In this document: one piece after another, positions 47,745 through 56,296 of the stretch
Position numbering within the stretch: the stretch's first letter is position 1
Layout of the letters: each line of letters begins with the position of its first letter
Assembly (NCBI GenBank): GCA_965276605.1
Contig: OZ255619.1
Location: 2,258,119-2,322,118, forward strand
DNA: 64,000 nt
Direction of reading: 5' to 3'
Origin: Acidobacteriaceae bacterium
Lineage (GTDB): Bacteria > Acidobacteriota > Terriglobia > Terriglobales > Acidobacteriaceae
Translations under genes and position numbers: made by a program
Notes under the pieces: generated by a model
Told to the model about the DNA's origin: nothing
Database searches by the model: none
The model's input: the letters and a program-made list of their open reading frames with translations, nothing else

Positions 47745-48005
47745 TCAGGCGGCGAGGGTAGGATCTTTCGCCGCAGCCTGCGCACCGGGCTTCGCGGCGG
47801 CGACGCAGAAGCCTTCGGCGGGAGCAGCCTGCAGATGACGTACTTCCCGGCGCGAGAGCCGCCTCATCTCGTCCATCGAATAGAACACCTTGCGCCCGCA
47901 CTCGAGGCAGACCATGTAACTCTGCTGCTGGATGGTGAAGGGACGCGACAGCCGCTCGTGCTGGCAGCCGAATACAGCGTGAACGACGTTATGGAGCAGT
48001 CGCAT
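47745..48005 (-). CDS. small Cys/His zinc-ribbon-like hypothetical protein
   Basis: ATG 48005 after GGAGAA. 86 aa with GCQH...VCLECG. Lies 37 nt upstream of the ABC ATPase. Confidence 0.45.
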   Translation of the reverse strand: MRLLHNVVHAVFGCQHERLSRPFTIQQQSYMVCLECGRKVFYSMDEMRRLSRREVRHLQAAPAEGFCVAAAKPGAQAAAKDPTLAA

Positions 48006-48172
48006 GCGGGTTCTCCTTGCTCCGTGCTGAAGAGGAGGCCAAGTGGTTGTGAGATGCGGGAAAGGGGGGCAGGTTGCCATGCTTTGCTTGTGGCGTACTG
48101 CAACGCGCGAGTGTTTCCAGCGTTGCTGCCACACCGCCTGCACCATCGCCGGGGCAGCGCTACTGCGGCGAT

Positions 48173-50799
48173 TTACGAAAGATCGCTGGATGGAACCCGC
48201 CAGGCTGCGGAGAGGCAGATACACACTGCCAGCGCCACCACCACCAGCACCCCGGCAGCGAAGAACGGCAACGCCAATCCGCTGGTAAGCAGCTTCGCTT
48301 CCACCTCCGCGTGGAACATTGCGATACAGAAGGCGCTGGTAAGGATTCCACACGCGGTGCCCGGAACGGTGGCTGCCAGTGCTGCTCGCAGGCGGGTTTT
48401 GCGCGGTGCCCGCAGGCTCATCGTCGGTGTTGGTCTCGCGTGAGACAGGACAAACCTCACCCTGAAGAACAAGCTGACCGCTGCCAACAGCAGCGCTGCA
48501 AGAGCGCTCCCGACGGAGGCTCTCTCTACCAGCCGCGCGCGGATGCTGCCTGGGTCATCTTCGGCGGCGCTGGCTAGGTCGCGCGGCGGCGACTCAAGCT
48601 GCTGGTCGGGATTGATGCTGCGGATGCGAGCGGAGATTGCGGCAAAGGTTTCTGCGGCGCTCCCGCTGCCGCGCACCAGCACCTGCGTGCCGCGGCCGAG
48701 CAGGGCGGAGAAAGGCAGGTAAGCGCCGGCGCAATGGGCTTGTCGAGGCCGCCGTCGCGGAAGTCGGAGGTAATGCCGATGATCCTGATCCACTGACCCT
48801 CAGACGGCGCGGGCAGGCTGTACTGCAGGTACGAAAGCCGGGGAAGCCGGATACGCTGGCCCAGCGCGCTCGCAGGGCCGAAGAGTTTGCGCTCCATGGT
48901 TTGGTTGATAACTGCCACGGGAGCACCTTGCGTCTCATCCGCGCCCGACCATACCGCCCCGGCGAGGATAGGCACGCGGAGAATTGAGAAGTAACCGGCA
49001 CTTACAAAATGCGCAGATACCTGAGTTATCCCAGGCTCCCCGGGCCTAGAGAGAGCGATCGAAGTTGCCAGGCCGTCATTTGGCGGAGTGGCATAGGAGG
49101 AGATAGCGGCGTTCATTCTTACTGGCGCCGCGTTGAGTACCGCAAGCAGCCGCTCCAGATAGGTCGATCTCGCTTTCCAGGTGGGATAAGTCGTCTCATT
49201 GATGGGCAGTCCGGCTGCTATAACATGGGCCGGGCTGTACCCGAGCGGATTGTGGCTAAGTCGCAGATAGGTTTGCACCGCCAGACCGCTGGTAAACAGC
49301 AGGAAGATGGTGAGCGCCACCTCGCCGATAATCAGCACCATGTGCAGGCGCACCGGAGTTCGACGCGTAGAGGGTTTTTCGCTTGCACCGGCAGCCTCAT
49401 CAATGCTCGCTCTGGCGCAGGTGACGGCACTTGCTGCTCCTAAGATAGCGATGCACAACAGCCCGAGGAGCTCACAGGCAAGACATGCGGCGAGGCCGAT
49501 GCCGGTCGCTGCCTCAGACGGGGCGGAGTAAGCCGGAAGCGCCGCCTGGGCGGCAGGCGTGAGAAACATTGCCAGCAGCAGGCCGAGGCCGGAGCCTGCC
49601 AGCGAGAGCAGAGAGAGCTCTGCCATGAGGTAGCTGAAAAGCCGCAGCCGGCTCGCTCCCAGTGCGGCCATGCGCGCCAGGTGCTGCCGGCTTGCCGCAA
49701 TGCGCGCTGTGGCCAGCAGGCAGGCATTGCCGCACACGATGAGGAACAGCAGAACCGTAGCGCCGCACAGCAGCTGCAGGATGGAACGGCTCTGCTGCAG
49801 AAATGGTTCGTTGAGAGACGTGAGGTGTGTGCGCAGCGGGTGAGGGAAGGGGTTGCGCTCGGCGGCAAACTGTTGCAGCAGGCCATTGAGCGCCTGCTGT
49901 GCTGCAGCCTGGGTTACACCTGGCCGCAGCCGCAGGTTGATCTCAAGTTTCTGTTGCGCCGCACCTGCCACGTCGGTGGGAAGAAACAGGTCCCCATCGC
50001 CCCAGGTGAAGCGCGGCGCAGCCACACCCACTATCGTGAAATGCTGGTGGCTCAGCTGAATTGTTTTGCCCAGTACATGGGCGTCTCCATCGAGCTGCTT
50101 TCGCCAGAACGCGTAGCCCAGTACGACCACTGGACGCGCCGGTTGCGCGGAGGAAAAGTCAGAAGCCAGCAGTGCGCGGCCGGTCATAACGGGCACGCCG
50201 AGATAACTGAATGCATTGGCGGTCAGGTCGGTCGAGACGACGGTCTCCGGCCCGTGCTTGCCGGCAAAGACGAGCTCCCGGTTCCTGTACCCGATGGCGC
50301 TTTCCACCACGGCAGAGTGGCGCACTCGCTCTAATTCCGCCGCCGTATAGAGAGGCCATACAAGCCTGCCTTCGACATTCTGCACCAGCAGGTGAAACAT
50401 GCCGCGCGCGTGTGCGTAGGGATAAGCGGAAAGCAGAATGTTGTTGAGCACGCCGAAGACAGAAGTGGCCGCGCCCATGCCCAGCGCCAGTGAGAGGACC
50501 AGCACTGTGCTGTAGACAGCGCTTCTGCGCAGCTCGTAAAGCGCGTGTAGAAAGTCCTGCACGCGGTGCAGCAGCAGCGGAATCGTAGCCTCTTCGCGAT
50601 ACTGCTGCTGCGCCTTGTCTACACTTCCCAGGCGGAGCATCGCCTGGCGCCGCGCCTCGTCAGCGCTCATGCCCAGGCGCAGGTTGTCGTCCACATGCAG
50701 TTGCAGGTGGCTGGCCAGTTCCTCGGCAAACTCGCTCTCGATGGCCATGGAGCGGAACACGCCTCGCAAGCGAAGGAGGCTCCGGCGCAGCGCGCTCAC
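48173..50799 (-). pseudogene. ADOP-type duplicated FtsX/MacB-like permease, interrupted by a frameshift
   Basis: N-terminal LRLRGVFRSMAIESEFAEELASHLQLHVDDNLRLGMSADEARRQAMLRLGS is typical of the family. The frame 48574..50799 must switch to 48173..48793 near 48715-48730 (...DKPIAPA | YLPFSALLGRGT...) to keep the second FtsX domain. Confidence 0.75.
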
Positions 50800-51140
50800 A
50801 CGGGCTCATCGCCGGGCGCGAGAAACCGCGCCAGGATGCTGGTTGTTTCTTCCCAGCTTGCGGCTTCCTGCCGCAGGTGTTTTCTGCCGGCGCGCGTCAG
50901 CTCGTAGAACTTTGCCTTGCGCTTGTTTTCAGACAGGCCCCACATGGCGCGGATGGAGCCCTCCTGCTCCAGCTTGAGCAGCGCCGGGTAGACGGTGCCG
51001 TAGTTGACCACCAGGCGGTTCTCGCTGGTCTGCTCAATGCGCCGGGCGATGCCGTACCCATGCAGGGGGCCGAGCGTTTCGAGAGTTTTCAGAACCATCA
51101 GCGCCAGAGTGCCTTGCCACACATCGGATTTTGCGTTCAT
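50796..51140 (-). CDS. PadR-family transcriptional regulator
   Basis: LALMVLKTLETLGPLHGYGIARRIEQTS...YPALLKLEQEGSI wHTH. 4-nt overlap with the permease start. Confidence 0.92.
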   Translation of the reverse strand: MNAKSDVWQGTLALMVLKTLETLGPLHGYGIARRIEQTSENRLVVNYGTVYPALLKLEQEGSIRAMWGLSENKRKAKFYELTRAGRKHLRQEAASWEETTSILARFLAPGDEPV

Positions 51141-51262
51141 CTCTTCTCGTATGGTATAGCCATAGGAAGTAAAAAGTCATCGTGCATGTCGTGTCCAGCC
51201 TTATGCCAGAACCGCTCCATTGTCTCTCTCGAACCAGCCGGCTGCCAAGCCTCGGTCCCAGG

Positions 51263-51808
51263 ATGTGCGCGGTTGTCCTGGTGGCCGCAAGCAGTGGTGC
51301 AGCCTGGGCCCAGGGGCGGACGAGCACGGGCGTTGTCCTCGATCCCTCCGGCGCCCGGGTCCCCGGCTGCTCGCTGATCAGCAAGGACCTCGGCACGGGC
51401 GTGGAGACTCGCGCAACACCTTCAGGCGAGGGCAGGTATCTCGTCTACGTCGCAAAGTATGTCGCGAAGTCTGCCGCGAAGCAGGGAACTGAGGTGACTG
51501 TGGAGTGTAAGGGTTTTGCGCCGATGCGCCGGACGCTCCGGGCAGAAGAAGCTGGGCGGGACGTGGTGTTCCGGGTGCGCCTCGCCGATGTGATCGAATC
51601 CGTCACCGTGCCGTCGGCACCTAGCGAGCCGGGCCTCGCGCAGTCCAGCAATCAGGAGTCACAGCTACTTACTGCATCGACCATCGCGGTGCTTCCGGTG
51701 CTGGATCAGGACTATGTCGGTTTTATGTCCCGCTTTCTCGATCCGGCGGTCACGGGAACACAGGGCGCGACGCTCGTCGTCAATGGCGTTGAGAGCGGCA
51801 GCTTTTAG
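51263..51808 (+). CDS. CarboxypepD_reg-like domain protein, probably an N-terminal remnant of a TonB-dependent-receptor-like gene
   Basis: Signal ...AAWAQ, then GVVLDPSGARVPGCSLISKDLGTGVETRATPSGEGRYLV and VECKGFAPMRRTLRAEE. The ORF stops after ~180 aa where such proteins normally continue into a plug and barrel. Confidence 0.5.
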   Translation: MCAVVLVAASSGAAWAQGRTSTGVVLDPSGARVPGCSLISKDLGTGVETRATPSGEGRYLVYVAKYVAKSAAKQGTEVTVECKGFAPMRRTLRAEEAGRDVVFRVRLADVIESVTVPSAPSEPGLAQSSNQESQLLTASTIAVLPVLDQDYVGFMSRFLDPAVTGTQGATLVVNGVESGSF

Positions 51809-51851
51809 TCGCTATATCTTGCCCGTGATGTTATGGCAAAGAGGGGAATGA

Positions 51852-53855
51852 ATGCAGACGCATTTCGCCAGGTTCACTCGGTTCTACCGGTCCCTGCTGG
51901 TGACGGCATTGCTGGCTATCTTTGCCGCGCAGCTTATCCATGTGGCGCGCAGTTACTCGATGAGCTGGGACGAAGGGCACCACTTATACGACGGCTATAC
52001 CATCTGGAAGCAGGGGGATTACCGCCTGAACGCCGAGGTGCCGCCGCTGGTGAAGCTCACGGCTGCGTTGCCGCTTCTCGGGATGCACCTTTATGTCCCC
52101 GCCAGGCAAGGCCGGTCGCAAGGGGAGGAGGCATTCCTCGGCGGCAGGGCCTTCGTGTTTCAAAATGGCGCCGACCGGGTACTCTTCCCGGCCCGGATGG
52201 CCTGCATGGGCTTTACGCTGGTTCTGGCTCTGCTTCTTTATTTCACAACACGCGAGATGTTCGGCGCAGCCGCAGCGCTAGTTGCGCTTGCGCTGTTTGT
52301 CTTCGACCCTAACTTCTTGGCGCATGGAACGCTCGTGACCACCGACGCAGGCAGTGCGTTGTTCTTTCTGGCCGCGGTGTTTGCGTTCTACCGCTACTGC
52401 AAGTCTCCCACCTGGCTCCGGCTCTTTCTGGTTGGGCTTGCCACCGGGCTTGCGTTTGTGGCTAAGTTCTCAGGGGTGTTTCTGGTACTTATCCTGCTGC
52501 TTCTTGCTGCATCGGAAGCACTCCTGGGCCGCAGCCTGCAGCTGCTATGGAAAAGGCTCGCGGCCTGCGCGGCTGTCTTCTTTTTTGGTTGGTTCCTGGT
52601 CTGGTCGTTCTATGGTTTTCGCTATGCGGCCGCCCCGGCCGGTCGCCAGCTCGACCCGCCGCTCGGTAAGTACCTGCAAACGATGCCGAATGGAGAGAAT
52701 GGCCGCGAGCTGGAGCTAGTGGCGCGCTACAAGCTGCTGCCTGAGGGTTATATCTGGGGCCTGGCAAATACAAAGAAGACAGAGTGGGAGGATCCTAGTT
52801 ACTTCCTGGGCCGCATCTATCGCCATGGTAGCTGGAGATACTTTCCCTACGCGCTCCTCATTAAATCTACGCTGCCGCTGCTCTTTCTACTCTGCCTGTT
52901 ACCGGTGGCATGCAGGTGGAGTCCGAGTTTCCGCCGGAGGGAAGCGTTCTTTTGTTTTATCCCCGTGGTTGTCTACTTCGCCATCGTCATGCACTACAGC
53001 ATGGATATAGGGCTGCGCCACCTTCTGCCTGTCTATCCTTTTCTGTATGTGCTGGCAGCAGGGGGCGCGGCGGCTGCGCTGCAGCGCAACGCATACTGGA
53101 AGACGCTGATAAGTCTTCTGCTTGTGTGGCAGGCTGTAACATCTCTGCGGTCCTCGCCCGGATACATGGCTTATGGAAACGAGGCCTGGGGTGGACCGTC
53201 GCAGGTGCACCGGTATCTCAGCGATGCCAATGTCGACTGGGGTCAGCAGCTCAAGGATGTTAGAGCCTATCTCGACCAGCGGCATATTACTCACTGCTGG
53301 TTCGCCTACTTTCCCGATGGCGCTGTCGAGCCGTCTGATTACGGGATCCCCTGCAAGCGTCTTCCCACGACCAATACTCTGTGGTGGCTGAATCTGCCGA
53401 TGCAGGTCCCGCCGGTTATCGATGGAACCGTGCTGATCAGCGACAGCGACCTCGAAGGCATCGAGTTCGGCGATGGGCCGCTCAACCCCTACGACGCATT
53501 CCGGGGTATTGAGCCTGTGGCTGTTATTCAGGACGGGGTCGATGTGTACCAGGGCCGGTTTGCGATCCCGCTCGCATCTGCGCTCGTGGACGCGCGCTCC
53601 GCAGCGGCTTTGCAGAAGAGCGGCAACCTTGCCGCCGCGCTCGATCTGGCGCGATCCGCCGCCGCGCGTGCTCCGGGCTCTGTGCAGGTGCAGCTGGCGC
53701 TTGGTGACGCGCTCGTGGCCAACCGGCAGAAGGATGAGGCGCTTGCCCATTACAGGGCGGCTTTGCACTTGGCGCAAACCATCCGTCCCAGCCTGCAGGC
53801 GGATCTTATCCCGCAGATCGACGCGGCGATCGCCAGCCTGGGCAAACGAGAGTGA
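51852..53855 (+). CDS. GT39/ArnT-like lipid-carrier-dependent glycosyltransferase with C-terminal TPR
   Basis: SWDEGHHLYDGYTIWKQGDYRLNAEVPPLVKL N-terminal loop, about 11 TM, and a C-terminal soluble domain ending in TPR-like repeats. Confidence 0.8.
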   Translation: MQTHFARFTRFYRSLLVTALLAIFAAQLIHVARSYSMSWDEGHHLYDGYTIWKQGDYRLNAEVPPLVKLTAALPLLGMHLYVPARQGRSQGEEAFLGGRAFVFQNGADRVLFPARMACMGFTLVLALLLYFTTREMFGAAAALVALALFVFDPNFLAHGTLVTTDAGSALFFLAAVFAFYRYCKSPTWLRLFLVGLATGLAFVAKFSGVFLVLILLLLAASEALLGRSLQLLWKRLAACAAVFFFGWFLVWSFYGFRYAAAPAGRQLDPPLGKYLQTMPNGENGRELELVARYKLLPEGYIWGLANTKKTEWEDPSYFLGRIYRHGSWRYFPYALLIKSTLPLLFLLCLLPVACRWSPSFRRREAFFCFIPVVVYFAIVMHYSMDIGLRHLLPVYPFLYVLAAGGAAAALQRNAYWKTLISLLLVWQAVTSLRSSPGYMAYGNEAWGGPSQVHRYLSDANVDWGQQLKDVRAYLDQRHITHCWFAYFPDGAVEPSDYGIPCKRLPTTNTLWWLNLPMQVPPVIDGTVLISDSDLEGIEFGDGPLNPYDAFRGIEPVAVIQDGVDVYQGRFAIPLASALVDARSAAALQKSGNLAAALDLARSAAARAPGSVQVQLALGDALVANRQKDEALAHYRAALHLAQTIRPSLQADLIPQIDAAIASLGKRE

Positions 53856-54024
53856 CGCCGAAAAAGAGGATCGCATCGGCAGCACTGGACTCCGGCGTGG
53901 CGTAGCGGGCTGGCTTGGTCGAGCTTTGACTGGCGGCGGATCCAATCGTTTGTATCTTTCGTAACGTCCCCCGGCAGTTTCTCGACCAGGACGAGCCGGC
54001 GCTTGCGGTACTCTCGGCCTCTGT

Positions 54025-54771
54025 ATGCAGCCTGCATGGTCGATTCGGGGTGGGGCTCGCCGCTCGCTCACACGTCGTTTTACGAAAGCTCTCGGCCGCC
54101 TGACACTGTCGGCTGCTTGCCTTGCTATGTCTGGCTGCCAAAGTGTTTCCACTGCCTCACAGAGCTCGCTGCTGCGGGTTATCGATGCGTCGAGTAACGC
54201 ACCGGGCATGGATGTGCTGCTCGGCTCACAGCTTTTTTTCTCGAATCTCGGTTCGCCTGCTTTCAGCAACTACGCTCCCACAGGTGCTGGAATGGTGGCG
54301 GTGACGGCGCGGCCCAGCGGCCAAACAGGCAGCGCCGGCCAGCGCAGCGAGCTTACCGCTGTCGCCGGACTGTACTACTCCCTGCTGCTGACCGATGCCG
54401 GCGCCGGTTATCAGTCCGCCATCCTGGCGGACCAGTCCATCGCCGCTCCCGCCGGGCAGGTTTCGCTCCGCCTGATTGAGAGCGCTCCTGTAGCCGGCCC
54501 GGTGGATGTCTATCTGTTGCCGAACGCGGTTCCACTGGCAAATGCCAGCCCGGTTTTCAGCCTGGTTGCGCCTGGTACGGTCTCTGCCTACACGAACCTG
54601 ACGGCCGGCGACTATACCGTGATCGTGACCGGCGCCGGCTCGCTTATACCCAAGCTCGATGGCAGCACCATGACGTTGAGTGGTGGGCAGGTGCGCACGC
54701 TGCTGCTGGTCGACCAGAAACATACGAGTGATGCGGAGGTGTTGATGGTGGTGGGCGACGACGTGAACTAG
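54025..54771 (+). CDS. DUF4397-like lipoprotein
   Basis: Lipobox LAMSGC. Repeated beta-sandwich-like modules LLRVIDASSNAPGMDVLL / VSLRLIESAPVAGPVDVYL. Confidence 0.6.
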   Translation: MQPAWSIRGGARRSLTRRFTKALGRLTLSAACLAMSGCQSVSTASQSSLLRVIDASSNAPGMDVLLGSQLFFSNLGSPAFSNYAPTGAGMVAVTARPSGQTGSAGQRSELTAVAGLYYSLLLTDAGAGYQSAILADQSIAAPAGQVSLRLIESAPVAGPVDVYLLPNAVPLANASPVFSLVAPGTVSAYTNLTAGDYTVIVTGAGSLIPKLDGSTMTLSGGQVRTLLLVDQKHTSDAEVLMVVGDDVN

Positions 54772-54880
54772 AGCATTTTCACTCCTGGTGTAATGGCCCA
54801 GGTTCTCGCTCCAGTGGCTTTTCCCGACGGAAAAACCACGCGCACATCTGCCGGCCCCTCTATGTGTGGAGTGAAAATGC
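54768..54880. repeat. structured ~113-bp repeat, copy C (core inverted relative to A and B)
   Basis: CTAGAGC terminus holding the TAG stop (54769-54771). Arms GCATTTTCACTCC (54773-54785) / GGAGTGAAAATGC (54868-54880). Core GTGGCTTTTC-CCGACG-GAAAAACCAC (54814-54839). Confidence 0.7.
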
Positions 54881-55105
54881 GCCGGGCTGCGGCCGAGCGG
54901 GCTGAACGGTTCGCGCTCGTGTCCGCGCTGAACGCGCAAGCGCAGGCTCAAGTATTTCCAAACGTTAGTAATCTACCGGCCAGAGAAGGGTATTGCTACT
55001 ATCCGCGGTATCAGTCCTTATCACGTCATTCCAAGTGCGCTTTGACGGCAGGTACCCAGTGTCTGCAGACCTGATCGAAGCGGCTGCTTACCAGGAAGTC
55101 CTTCC

Positions 55106-56296
55106 ATGCAGAACCAGGATCCGAAGTTGAACGCGAATGTGGAGGTAAGCCTGGAGGCTCCCGTCGATCTGGCCCGGCTCTGGTCCTGGGCCAGGATGGA
55201 CGACGTGGCCTATCAGGATTTCTCGCAGCAAAGAGCGGACCGGCGGCTCGGCCGTCGGGTTGAGGAGCTGCCTCCTGTCTCGCTAACTCCCCGACCTGTG
55301 GACGCGGCGGAGGCTGCTGGCAACACTGTTTATCTCCCGCTGGAGCAGCCGGTGGTCCAGGCTCCGCCCATCGGCCTGAATGAGGACGGGAAGGCGGGTG
55401 GCATGCGGCAGGACGCCGCTGCTTTCAGGGCGCTCGCCGGCTCTACCCTCGCATCGATTGCGTCTAGTATCACGCCCACTGTTGTCGCGAGCTCGCCCAG
55501 TGCAGTCGCGGGGCCGTCGTGGTCCGCTGCGCCCGCCGAGCTCGCGAGCGCCCCTTTGCCGCTCGACCGGCCGGCTGCCCTCGCGATCTACTCTGTTGCC
55601 GGCGGGGTGGGCAAAACGACGCTGTGCGCCAACCTGGCCCGTTCGCTGTCTGCGCTTGGGGAGCGTGTGCTTCTCGTGGAAGCGGGCGGCCTGGGGCTGC
55701 TCCCGCTGCATTTCGGCGCTGACCACATGCGCCCCGGACTGCGCAGCTTCTGCGCCCCCGGCGAGAGGCGCGCCTCGGTCCTGGTGCTGGGTGAGGAGCA
55801 GCCTGGGGAAGCCTGGATGCGCGAGGCTGTCGAGCCTGCCATGCACGGCGTGGCGCGCACCCTCTTCGATCTGGGCCCGGCGAGCGAAGGCTTTCTCGAC
55901 CAGGCGCTCGCCGTGTGCCAGCTGATGCTGGTCCCGGTCCTGCCTGACCTCAACTCTACCCTCACCTTCTCCCGCATCACGGCGCGGCTCGACCGCCTGC
56001 GGGCGCAGGGCATCGCCTGCCCGCAGGTTTACTTCGTCCTCAACCGCTTCAATGAGCGCAGCGAGCTGCATCGCCGGGTGCGGGAGCAGCTGGCGTTGGA
56101 GTACGGCGAGCAGCTGCTGCCCTGCGTCCTCAATGCCAGTGACGATGTTACTGAGGCCCTCGCAGCCCGCATGCCGCTGGCCGACCTGCGCCCCGCCTCC
56201 GAGCTCGCCCATGACTTCGCTGAGCTGGCCAGGTGGCTGCAGCGCTTGCAGCAGCCGGAGTTGCCGGGCCAGCCGGGCCGCTGGAGCGAAGAGTGA
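55106..56296 (+). CDS. bcsQ: cellulose-synthase operon ParA/MinD-type ATPase BcsQ with a long N-terminal extension
   Basis: Deviant Walker A SVAGGVGKTTLCANLA lies ~165 aa into the protein. The C-terminal ~230 aa are colinear with BcsQ/YhjQ. Confidence 0.75.
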   Translation: MQNQDPKLNANVEVSLEAPVDLARLWSWARMDDVAYQDFSQQRADRRLGRRVEELPPVSLTPRPVDAAEAAGNTVYLPLEQPVVQAPPIGLNEDGKAGGMRQDAAAFRALAGSTLASIASSITPTVVASSPSAVAGPSWSAAPAELASAPLPLDRPAALAIYSVAGGVGKTTLCANLARSLSALGERVLLVEAGGLGLLPLHFGADHMRPGLRSFCAPGERRASVLVLGEEQPGEAWMREAVEPAMHGVARTLFDLGPASEGFLDQALAVCQLMLVPVLPDLNSTLTFSRITARLDRLRAQGIACPQVYFVLNRFNERSELHRRVREQLALEYGEQLLPCVLNASDDVTEALAARMPLADLRPASELAHDFAELARWLQRLQQPELPGQPGRWSEE

